DNA from: Oscillospiraceae bacterium | GTDB lineage: Bacteria > Bacillota > Clostridia > Oscillospirales > UBA929 | Length of the DNA stretch: 64,000 nt | NCBI GenBank assembly: GCA_009777475.1 | Contig: WRLU01000006.1 | Location: 5,863 to 69,862 of the forward strand | Reading direction: 5' to 3' | In this document: positions 35,959 through 44,800 of the stretch, piece after piece | How the letters are laid out: the number at the start of each line of letters is the position of its first letter | How positions within the stretch are numbered: position 1 is the first letter of the stretch | Notes under the pieces: model-generated | Databases searched by the model: none | Seen by the model: only the letters and a program-made list of their open reading frames with translations | What the model was told of the DNA's origin: nothing | Translations under genes and position numbers: made by a program

Positions 35959-38271
35959 ATGATTAGGCAAGCAAAAAGAAACACAAGGAGCAAACTGGCG
36001 ATCATCACTGCGTTGGTGATGATATTATCCCTGTTCCCGGCCCCTTTCGGGTCGTGGGCAGACCTTATTCCTTCCGCGATGGGAATAACCTACCCGGGTA
36101 CAGCTGTGACCGGGAGGCCCGCCAGCGAATTTGAGTATCTCAACGCAGAAATAGACCAAGCTTCGGTAGTTGCCAACGCCGTTCAAAGCAACGGCGGTGC
36201 ACATGGCAATGGTTACGCTGCGCTGGATGGATATGACAGCACCACCTGGAACACTGGTGATACTGTTGGTATGTGGTCAGCAAGCGGAGGAACCTCATCC
36301 GTCACCATGACAGATGGTAAGAGTCATGGTGCCATGCCCGGCGTTCGGTTTAATACCCACAAGGTTCTCTTTTTCGCCTTTAATTCGCCTCAGAAGGTTG
36401 ATGAAATCTGGCTTTCGTTGCCCTATACCCTTGAAACCTTCCCTGATGGTCACGTTATTCAGGTGCAGGGAAGCAATGTTCTTCCAGGCACTCCTCCTCC
36501 GGGCGTTGTTTCATCCATAGGTGTTAACCCGAGCGTTGACCAGCAGCTGTCCAACAATTTGGCCGCCGCAACAAATGATACTCCCTCCACGAGTCCGCCC
36601 GGAGCCTTATCGGCTGCTTATTTGCCTGATGACTGGGATATAATTGGCGAGAGATACGCCGGAACCGGAACTGGATGGCAGCCTCTGGTTGACGTTACCC
36701 AGGGCAAAAGCTACCGCTACATACGAGTTGTTGTGACAGGCAGATGGGGAATGACCCTTGATGTTGCTGCATTTATATCTGAAATTGCTTTTTATACCGA
36801 TGAAAAGGTGCCGCCTGTGGCTAATCATGTCACCTATAATGCCAATACAAGCGTACCTGTAATCAATATGCCGGAAAACGGAACAAAACACGATGGAGCT
36901 GCATACACAATCCTCGGCACAACCGGCTCATTACCCATAAGAACAGACGGCTATATCTTCACAGGCTGGGCGGTATCGCCTGACGGTGCTGTGGCGTATC
37001 CGGCAGAGCAGGTCCATATTTACAACACAAACGCAGATCTTGACTTGTATGCGATTTGGGAGGAGGCCGATATTCTCTGGACTGTCAGCTACCGTGAGGG
37101 GAGTGTTGAAGGTATTGAGATAGGAATAGCCCCTTCAAGCGGTGCATATGGTGCCGCCGCCGGCACGGTAATAGACCAGAGTCTTCATAATGTTGTAGAT
37201 AATGTACCGATAGGCTATGATCTTATGAATCTGCCAAATTCAATAACTATTGTAAGCGGACCTGCTTTGGTTCTGAATGTGGCAGTCGGCCAAGGTACCC
37301 CGCTCCATTCGGAGGAGCCGGGGAATACAGCTGAACCGACACCAACAGAGCGTCCCGAAATTGTAGCCTTTCCCTCATACAAGCCGTGCGAAAATGATAC
37401 CGGGGAGTGCTGTATTGACTACAGCGAACCCAAGCAGGGGGTTGAGGTTATTGTCCCCGGGTCCGTAGGTGGCGCGGAAATCAACCTGACGCTGGAAACC
37501 ATTAGCTTAGGCGGATTTGCACCGTCTCAGTATAACATCGGTAATGGGAAATGGAAATCTGTTGGAAACGTCTTAAGCGACAAGAAGAAGTTCGCAAAGC
37601 TGCTCAACAAGGGCATGACCTTAAGCCTGAGGGATGCGGCAGGCCAAGAGATAACCTTCCCGCAAATCAACCCCCGCCCGAGGAATCCGAGGCTGAGCAT
37701 AAACTACTCTATCACCGAAGACAAGACCGGTGCGTCTCCCGGTGCGTGGGTGCTTGCTGAAAAGAGCAGCTTAACTGCGGCCAAGGAAAAAATACAGATA
37801 GCCGTTTCCACAGCGGCAAGCAAGGGCAAGGAGCCTAACGAGCATGGCTGGGGTAAATTTTATCCGGGAGATACAAGTAACGGCATCTGCGTGAAGCCGT
37901 TGCCGGATAACAATAAGGTTGGAAAAACAGCGTATATTTACCGAATCGCCCCCAGCGGAAATACCACGGAGGGATACAGCCCGGCAAGTAAGCAAAGAAA
38001 GGTTAATGCCACAAGCGAGCTGAGGAAGCCCAACATACGCGTAAAAATCAAGGAGAAAAAAGGCAGTGTTATTTCAGCCACCCTCCGGGTCAAAAAGGGT
38101 ATGTATGTGCGCTCATATTTCAATAGGATAGGCGAGGAAACCCTTTTGCCCCGCGCGGAAAAGTACGATATTAGCATGGTGCAGATCAGCGGGCCGGTTG
38201 AGGTGTGGATGGGAGCAAGGCCGAAAAAATCTGCCAGCGCGAAAAATTGGCTCTGGGAATCAGCGGGGTAA
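35959..38271 (+). CDS. Large secreted protein: signal peptide, discoidin (F5/8 type C)-like domain, Flg_new repeat, unassigned basic C-terminal module
   Basis: Start at ATG 35959 (AAGGAGG 8 nt upstream). Leader KLAIITALVMILSLFPAPF. YAALDGYDSTTWNTG..SYRYIRVVVTGRW..ISEIAFY. YIFTGWAVSPDG..LDLYAIW. The C-terminal ~285 aa are homologous to the tail of the 19902..22778 protein. Confidence 0.75.
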   Translation: MIRQAKRNTRSKLAIITALVMILSLFPAPFGSWADLIPSAMGITYPGTAVTGRPASEFEYLNAEIDQASVVANAVQSNGGAHGNGYAALDGYDSTTWNTGDTVGMWSASGGTSSVTMTDGKSHGAMPGVRFNTHKVLFFAFNSPQKVDEIWLSLPYTLETFPDGHVIQVQGSNVLPGTPPPGVVSSIGVNPSVDQQLSNNLAAATNDTPSTSPPGALSAAYLPDDWDIIGERYAGTGTGWQPLVDVTQGKSYRYIRVVVTGRWGMTLDVAAFISEIAFYTDEKVPPVANHVTYNANTSVPVINMPENGTKHDGAAYTILGTTGSLPIRTDGYIFTGWAVSPDGAVAYPAEQVHIYNTNADLDLYAIWEEADILWTVSYREGSVEGIEIGIAPSSGAYGAAAGTVIDQSLHNVVDNVPIGYDLMNLPNSITIVSGPALVLNVAVGQGTPLHSEEPGNTAEPTPTERPEIVAFPSYKPCENDTGECCIDYSEPKQGVEVIVPGSVGGAEINLTLETISLGGFAPSQYNIGNGKWKSVGNVLSDKKKFAKLLNKGMTLSLRDAAGQEITFPQINPRPRNPRLSINYSITEDKTGASPGAWVLAEKSSLTAAKEKIQIAVSTAASKGKEPNEHGWGKFYPGDTSNGICVKPLPDNNKVGKTAYIYRIAPSGNTTEGYSPASKQRKVNATSELRKPNIRVKIKEKKGSVISATLRVKKGMYVRSYFNRIGEETLLPRAEKYDISMVQISGPVEVWMGARPKKSASAKNWLWESAG

Positions 38272-38282
38272 ATAGGCAGTAA

Positions 38283-38642
38283 ATGAGGAAATATCTGCTC
38301 TATCTTATCCGGTGGCAGCTGAGTACACCTATTTTGGCATTGGTACTCTATTTGCTTGCAGGACTGAACCCGGTTTGGGTTACCGTTATAGCCAATTTAA
38401 TCGGAGGATTGATTTTCTTCTGGGTAGACAGGTTCATTTTCCGTTCGCTGTCAGCCAACCCTCTGTGGGAAATTAGAGACGATGTAGAATGCTTTGACTG
38501 CGGCTGCCGGGGACGGGGCTACCGGATTGCCGAATGGCTCGGCTACGATCGCAAGAAAGACAAAAGCCCTCAATTCCGCTGTGAGGGCTGCAAGGATAAA
38601 AAAACCCTTGAGGTTTCTGTAAGGGTAAAGAAAAAAGGCTAG
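38283..38642 (+). CDS. Small membrane protein: two TM helices plus cytoplasmic CxxC..CxxC zinc-ribbon-like tail
   Basis: 119 aa with LSTPILALVLYLLAGL and VWVTVIANLIGGLIFFWV, then ECFDCGCRGRGYRI...FRCEGCKDKK. 11 nt after the upstream stop. Confidence 0.6.
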   Translation: MRKYLLYLIRWQLSTPILALVLYLLAGLNPVWVTVIANLIGGLIFFWVDRFIFRSLSANPLWEIRDDVECFDCGCRGRGYRIAEWLGYDRKKDKSPQFRCEGCKDKKTLEVSVRVKKKG

Positions 38643-38688
38643 GAGGATATTAGGGTTGCAAAGTAAGGTGAATAAGGAAGGCTTTACC

Positions 38689-40140
38689 ATGAAGAACACT
38701 GTAGGACCGAAAAAACTAACCGCGCTTATTATTGTAGTAGCTATGCTGCTTGCACTGCTGCCCGGCATTTCGGGTATGCCCCTGTACGCCGCCGGCGGTG
38801 ACGCTAAGTGGGACGGCCAGTCGGGCATTGCCCAGATTGCGGCTGGCAGCGAGCATGCCGTGGCACTGAAGGATGACGGAACGCTGTGGGCTTGGGGACG
38901 GAATTGGGCAGGTCAGCTGGGCGATGGCACAACGGACAGAAAAGACGCTCCGGTACAGGTGGGCGGTGACGATAACTGGGCAAGCGTTGCGGCTGGCGGC
39001 GACCATAACGTGGCACTGAAGTCTGACGGCACCCTGTGGGCATGGGGATATAATTATTACGGTCAGCTGGGCGATGGCACATCAGGCCGCAAAACCACCC
39101 CGGTACAGGTTGGCGGGGACGAGGACTGGGCAAGCGTTTCAGCTGGCTACAACCACACTCTGGCACTGAAGGACGATGGTACCCTGTGGGCATGGGGACG
39201 TGGTGATCGGGGTCAGCTGGGCAACAGCTCAACGGACAGCCAAATCACCCCTGTGAAGATTGGTAATGACACAGACTGGGCCAGCGTTTCAGCTGGCTAC
39301 GACCACACCCTTGCGCTCAAGGATGACGGCACGCTGTGGGCGTGGGGAGTTAATGGCTACGGCCAGCTGGGCGATGGCACAACGGACGACAAAGACGCCC
39401 CTCTGAAGGTTGGTGATGACACAGACTGGGCAAGCGTTGCGGCTGGAAACGAGCACACTATGGCACTAAAAAAAGATGGGACCCTGTGGGGCTGGGGAGT
39501 TAATGAGAACGGTCAGCTTGGTGACGGCACAACGGACGACAAAACCCTTCCGGTGCAGGTTGGCGATGACGAGGACTGGGTAGGCGTTTCTGCTGGCGGC
39601 TACCATACCATGGCACTCAAGGGTAACGGCACACTGTGGGCCTGGGGAAATAATTATTACGGCCAATTGGGCGACGGCTCATTTGCTGGGGTGGGGGCTT
39701 ACGAAACCACCCCTGTGAAGATTTTTACCCCAGAGAAGAAGCTGAGTCCATCGCCGGATCCATCCACCGCACCGACCAGCGCGCCAACCTCCGCACCCAC
39801 ACCCGCGCCGACCCAAAAGCCGGCTGCGGCAAAGGCGGCTAAGCCTAAGGTCACCAGCCCTAAAAAAACCAAAATCAGTGTAAAAAGAAAGAAAAAGCTG
39901 ACGCTGAAAATCAAGGCCAAAAACATGGGCAAGGGCGGCAAGCTTACATACCAATGGCAGTCCAGCAAAAAACAAAAAAGCGGCTTTAAAAATATCAAGG
40001 GCAAAGCGGCAAAGAAGAAAAACTACAAGCCTTCCACAAAGAAAAAGGGCAGAGTATTTTACCGCTGCCGGGTTACTCACGCTGTGGGTAAAACGAAGAA
40101 GAACAGGGCTTCTAAGGTGTTTAGGGTTACGGTGAAATGA
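38689..40140 (+). CDS. Secreted RCC1-repeat beta-propeller protein with P/T/A linker and lysine-rich Ig-like C-terminal domain
   Basis: Start at ATG 38689 (AAGGAAGG RBS). Leader LTALIIVVAMLLALLPG. Six GTLW(A/G)WG..GQLG(D/N) repeats. Tail KLTYQWQSSKKQKSGFKNIKG..VFYRCRVTH. Confidence 0.8.
   Translation: MKNTVGPKKLTALIIVVAMLLALLPGISGMPLYAAGGDAKWDGQSGIAQIAAGSEHAVALKDDGTLWAWGRNWAGQLGDGTTDRKDAPVQVGGDDNWASVAAGGDHNVALKSDGTLWAWGYNYYGQLGDGTSGRKTTPVQVGGDEDWASVSAGYNHTLALKDDGTLWAWGRGDRGQLGNSSTDSQITPVKIGNDTDWASVSAGYDHTLALKDDGTLWAWGVNGYGQLGDGTTDDKDAPLKVGDDTDWASVAAGNEHTMALKKDGTLWGWGVNENGQLGDGTTDDKTLPVQVGDDEDWVGVSAGGYHTMALKGNGTLWAWGNNYYGQLGDGSFAGVGAYETTPVKIFTPEKKLSPSPDPSTAPTSAPTSAPTPAPTQKPAAAKAAKPKVTSPKKTKISVKRKKKLTLKIKAKNMGKGGKLTYQWQSSKKQKSGFKNIKGKAAKKKNYKPSTKKKGRVFYRCRVTHAVGKTKKNRASKVFRVTVK
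38827..39690 (+). repeat. In-frame tandem coding repeats (~150-nt period) encoding the RCC1 blades
   Basis: Recurrent DNA strings gacggcaccctgtgggcatgggga / ggtcagctgggcgatggcac. Confidence 0.8.
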
Positions 40141-40154
40141 AATAACACAAAGCA

Positions 40155-40185
40155 CCCCCCCGCGCCTGGTATTGGGCGCGGGGGG
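40155..40185. terminator. GC-rich bidirectional stem-loop between convergent genes
   Basis: CCCCCCGCGCCtggtattGGGCGCGGGGGG, flanked by aaagca / tgcttt. Confidence 0.65.
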
Positions 40186-40195
40186 TTGTTGTGCT

Positions 40196-40864
40196 TTACC
40201 TAGTCACCGCCCACACCACTCCTAGAAGCACCGGCTGGTGAAGCAGGTAAATTAGGAGTGTCCTTCGGCCTATCCAAGGGAAAACAGGTATGCTGAGACT
40301 GTAAAACCAGTCTGGGAATTTACCTTGCTTTATGGGGACGCCCAGAAACACCCCGAAGAAAAACAAAAACCCCCATGGCACTATAGGGAAATAATCGGCA
40401 GAAGCAACAACCGGAAAGCGGGTTATTTCAAAATAGGAGAGCAAGAAGCCCGCAAGCAGCACTGCCGGCAGGGTAAGGCGAAGCTTTTCCAGTAAAGCAT
40501 ACAGCAAAACGCAGGCCGTCAGAAGGTGCAGAATGCCAAAGGTAATAAGGCTTCCGGCAAACAGGCTGGCCGCTGTGACTAAAAGTGCCGCCGCTGTGAG
40601 AACAAGGGCGCGCTTGAGGTTGTTTTTTGAAAGCTGCGAGGATACACCGGCAAGCAGAATAAACAGCCCGGCAAAAAACGGCTGAAAAAATGCCAGAACC
40701 GGGTTAGCCAAAATCTCATAAGGCAAAATCCCCGCAACAACCAAGTCATAGCCAAAATGGTAGGCTACCACCAATAAAATAGACAGCCCCCGCAGGGCAT
40801 CCAGCAGCTGGATTCTCTCCCCTGGGGGAGCTTTAAGCGGAGGGGTGTACGGCATTGCGGGCAT
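40196..40864 (-). CDS. DUF1624-type membrane protein (heparan-alpha-glucosaminide N-acetyltransferase-like acyltransferase family)
   Basis: ERIQLLDALRGLSILLVVAYHFGYDL N-terminal signature; multi-pass. The start overlaps the hpf stop. Confidence 0.65.
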   Translation of the reverse strand: MPAMPYTPPLKAPPGERIQLLDALRGLSILLVVAYHFGYDLVVAGILPYEILANPVLAFFQPFFAGLFILLAGVSSQLSKNNLKRALVLTAAALLVTAASLFAGSLITFGILHLLTACVLLYALLEKLRLTLPAVLLAGFLLSYFEITRFPVVASADYFPIVPWGFLFFFGVFLGVPIKQGKFPDWFYSLSIPVFPWIGRRTLLIYLLHQPVLLGVVWAVTR

Positions 40865-41403
40865 CAGCCTTCTTCAATCATGCCGTATCCGCCGCCCTCG
40901 CGCACATAGACAACGGCAAAGCCGCCGCCGTTTGAAAAGTTGCGGAAAACGAAAAATTTATGGTGCAGAAGATTCATTTGCAAAATAGCCTCCTCAGGTG
41001 TCATGGGCTTTAGGCTAAACCGCTTTGTGCGGATAATTTCAAATTCCTTCTCCTCGTCCACTGACGGAGCCGGCTCGCTTTCACGCCTGTCAAAGGCTCC
41101 CTGCCGGAGCTTTTTCTCCAGCCGTGTTTTGTTCTTGTGGATCTGCCGCTCGATTGCTGAAACCGCGTGATCGACAGAGGCGTACAAATCCTCTCCTGTT
41201 GCGCGTGTGCGGTAGAAAACACCATCGTTGTTGATTGTGACTTCAAAAACCCGGCGTCCCTTGTCCTGTCCCTCGGCTGAAAACATTACCTGCGCATCGG
41301 CTTCTTTTTTGAAGTACTTTTCCAGCTTGCCTATCTTTTTCATGGCGTAATCCTTGACATCCTCTTCGACGTCTATGCGTTTCTCCGCGAATTGAAATTT
41401 CAT
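40864..41403 (-). CDS. hpf: Ribosome hibernation-promoting factor (long HPF)
   Basis: 179 aa with an S30AE-type N-domain (KIGKLEKYF, AVSAIERQIHKNKTRL) and a C-terminal dimerisation domain (IIRTKRFSLKPMTPEEAILQMNLLHHKFFVFRN). Confidence 0.9.
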   Translation of the reverse strand: MKFQFAEKRIDVEEDVKDYAMKKIGKLEKYFKKEADAQVMFSAEGQDKGRRVFEVTINNDGVFYRTRATGEDLYASVDHAVSAIERQIHKNKTRLEKKLRQGAFDRRESEPAPSVDEEKEFEIIRTKRFSLKPMTPEEAILQMNLLHHKFFVFRNFSNGGGFAVVYVREGGGYGMIEEG

Positions 41404-41671
41404 AAATACACATCTCCTTTTCTGCCTTAAAATTAGTACAGGTATTGCCTGAGTACATTATACATTGTTCCTGACTAAAATGGAAGGGGCGATTTTTTTA
41501 TTTGTCACGCCGTCCCTCAGGCCCATCATCTGCTGAATTTGTTCAAGCACGGCACGGCGTTATTTCCCTCAAAAGTCGCTGGGCATTGCTTACATCGGAC
41601 TGATAATTGGTCATGTTGCACAAAAAGTATGTGCCTATTATGTATAATTCGTGGAAAATTAGAATGAGGTA

Positions 41672-41700
41672 TTGACATGGGGGGTGCTTTGCGGTAAGAT
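41672..41700 (+). promoter_or_regulatory. Sigma-A-type promoter for the 41842-46170 gene
   Basis: TTGACA, 17 nt, TAAGAT, leaving a leader of about 135 nt. Confidence 0.55.
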
Positions 41701-41841
41701 GGCAGTGAACCCCTTTGATCGGCTAAGGGGCTGGTGTCAAAATTTTCAGCTATGTTTCAGCTATGAGTATACATATTAAGGGGAGTAAGTAAGGATGCTG
41801 TGCGGCGTTGGGCCGCTTCAAACCGGAAGGGGGAACCGGAA

Positions 41842-44800
41842 ATGAAAAAATTTATACGCGGTAGGGTGACATTTTCGCGCAGGCTGTGTCTGCGGGCGTT
41901 CTGTTTTGCTGTGGTTTTTGCCATGCTTGCAGGGCTGCCTGCCGATACTCTTTTGCACAGCTCGGCGTTATTGCAGTCCCAGTCGCTGACAGCTCTTGCT
42001 GATGTAACGGCGGGTGCCACAGCCTCTGCCTGTTCTGTCAACGGATCCAACACAGCTAACCGTGCACTCACGGCTGCCGATGAGTGGTGGGAGAGTGCCA
42101 ACTCTTGGGGCCACAAGGTTTTGTGCGTTGACCTAGGTGCCGTATATACGGTCAGCTCAATGCAAATATGGGTCAACTATGACCCTCACCGCATTTCAAT
42201 ACAGTCAAGCGTTGATGGTCCATCAGACGTCAGCAACGGCGGACAGGGCGGCACAGGAGCAAACCTTACCTCAAACGGTCATCTTCCCTCCGGCTATGAG
42301 CAGAGGGTAAATAACACACAATATACAAACGGTGCATTGCGTGATGTGCCTTCGTTTGCAAGCTTTCAGGCACGGTACATACGGCTTGTTATCACAGAAC
42401 GCTGGAGCGGTAATGCCGATGTTGCGGCGGTTATCCGCCAGGTTGTTGTCATGGGTGAGGAGCTCATCGGCGGCGGCTCGTCCGGTCAGCCGGTTGAGTG
42501 GAATTTCCTGACGGCTGACGGCAGCATGAACGGAACCGTTGCCGCCCCGGGCGTGACATATGGCACTGCAAGAAACAACGATGCAAACAAAGATGCCCCT
42601 ATTACAGGCACATCCACCACATACTATTGGGATGGCTCAAATGGAACGAACAGATACTGGGACATATGGGCTGTTTGCCTTCCTGAGCCTCAAAACATTA
42701 AAAGAATAGAATGGGTTACGTCAGGCGTAGGCAAAGGAGCGACGAACGAAATTTACATTGCCGCCGAACACAATGGTTTAAATAACAGCAATAATTCCTG
42801 GAACAACGGAGACAGCCCGCCTCCCGCACCCTTTACCCGGATATACAACTGGAACCATAATGAGGATTTTGGTATGTCCGGGAAGTCAGTTCCCCCGGGA
42901 ATGACTTGGGATCCCCCGGGTTACCAAAAGGAAGGCGAGGTTACCATCAGCTTTGACGTTAACCAGGAAATACAGGCAGTTGCACTGAGAGGTATTGGCT
43001 TAACAGTAAAGCAAGTCAGGATAATTGGCGAAAAAATTTCAAATATTGAGCCAACACCCGATACCGCGCCTCCCGGCGTAAACCTGGCACTCGGCAGGGG
43101 GAATACCTCCTGGAGCAACGGCAACTCGTTTAACAACGGTCCTCGTAACGCGTTTGACGGAAACACCGGAACAGAATGGCAGTCCAACAGCAGGGGTGCC
43201 AACCGTGTACTCGGCGTTGACCTGGGAGAAACCTATGGAATAGGCGAAATTGTGCTGAAAACAGACGAAAGAAACTGGGCAGACAGACCGCTGGAAATGC
43301 GTTTTCGTGTGGATGTTGCGGTGGATGCCGGTGCTGTTTCGGGAACAACGATGAACATTACCAATAATGACAACGGTAACGGCACAGGAGTAGATACAGC
43401 AACAGGCTCCAATGGCTGGACTACTGTTTTGTCCGACACAGGTGTGCTGAGCTTTAACTCCGGCAACGGATGGGAACGTTCCATAGGGCTTCCCGGAAGC
43501 CCCCATACGGCACGGTATGTGCGTGTTGTCAGCATTGGCGATGCAACAACCAATGCAAACGATAACGTTGTGTGGCTTGCTGAATTTGAGGTTTACGGAG
43601 CGGCTGCCGAACCAACTGCCGAGCCTGAGCCCACACCGCAATTAGAATGGACAGATATAACCGCCCTGGCAGTCAAAACGCCGCCCGCCAAAATGAGCTA
43701 CACAGCGGGCGAACGGCTGGATCTTAACGGTTTAGAGGTTACTGTTACATACAACGGTGAACATATGGTTGATGTGCCGCTTGATGAATTTGCCTTACAC
43801 GCCCTCGCGGTCAGTCCCGCAAGCCGCACAATATTGACTCCTGATTTCGATGGCACTCGTATAGCTGTAACACACAGCACCGGACTCATGGCGCAGACGG
43901 ATCCCTTAACCGTGAAGTCTGTTACAGGCATAGCTGTGCTTGATCAACCCGGCAGACTGGAATACTCCTTGGACGAAAGGCTTAGTCTGGCAGAGCTTAA
44001 GGTCGGGCTTACATACAGCGACAGCAGCACAGAGGAGGTTACCTACTCAGCCAATAGATTTGCCGCCCGGGGTCTGCTAACCGAACCTGCAAACGGCACC
44101 CAGCTGTCAATTGAACACAACGGCTTACCTGTAAGGATTTATTGCAGGTGGGACAGTGCGGAGGGATTTACGAATAATCTGTCTGTGACCGCCCCGGCTT
44201 CCGGCTCCCAGGATATTTGGACGGGAACGTTCGATTATTCCATATCCGATGACGGATACAGTTACGGCGGGCTGAAGACAGGTGCTGACATAAACATAAC
44301 GCAAAACCGGCGTTTCATGGGCTTTGAGCTGGAAAACCCCTCGGTAAACTGGCGTACCCTGACCCTGAACTTCGAAAGAGACATCAACTCACCCGGGGCG
44401 GATACAAACACACACGAGGGCAACACCAATCCAGACAGGAACAAGCTCATACGTCTGTTTGACTTTACACTGTATAACTCGGATGGGCAGATTATTAACG
44501 GACTTGACCTGGGCGGCGTTTCGCAAACGGTATATATCGATCTTCATCAATACAACGGCCGCGCCGGGTTTGGCGAGAGCCATGACATCAACATAGCCAG
44601 AACAGGCTTGTCTGACAGCAGTAATCACCTCAGGTCATTCCACAGAAACGGCAATCTCGGACCGAGAGGACAGGGTACAGTTACCCGGATATTCCTGACC
44701 GACAGTCTGCCGGGCGGACTGACAAGGCTGGCTGAACCCGAGATAATCAGAAATCCCAGCTTCACCATACCAGCGCCCTTCCTGGGCGATGCGCCGATTA

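Noticed and set aside
38827-39690. Regularly spaced DNA repeats (and the PT dicodon run at 45355-45432), considered as a possible CRISPR or other non-coding array.
   Set aside because: The repeats are in frame. They encode RCC1 blades and a Pro-Thr linker, they are imperfect in a codon-wise manner, and no cas genes are present.
41757-42176. 139-aa minus-strand ORF overlapping the start of the giant gene.
   Set aside because: It is antisense to a signal-peptide-encoding region with a good RBS, and no support exists for it.
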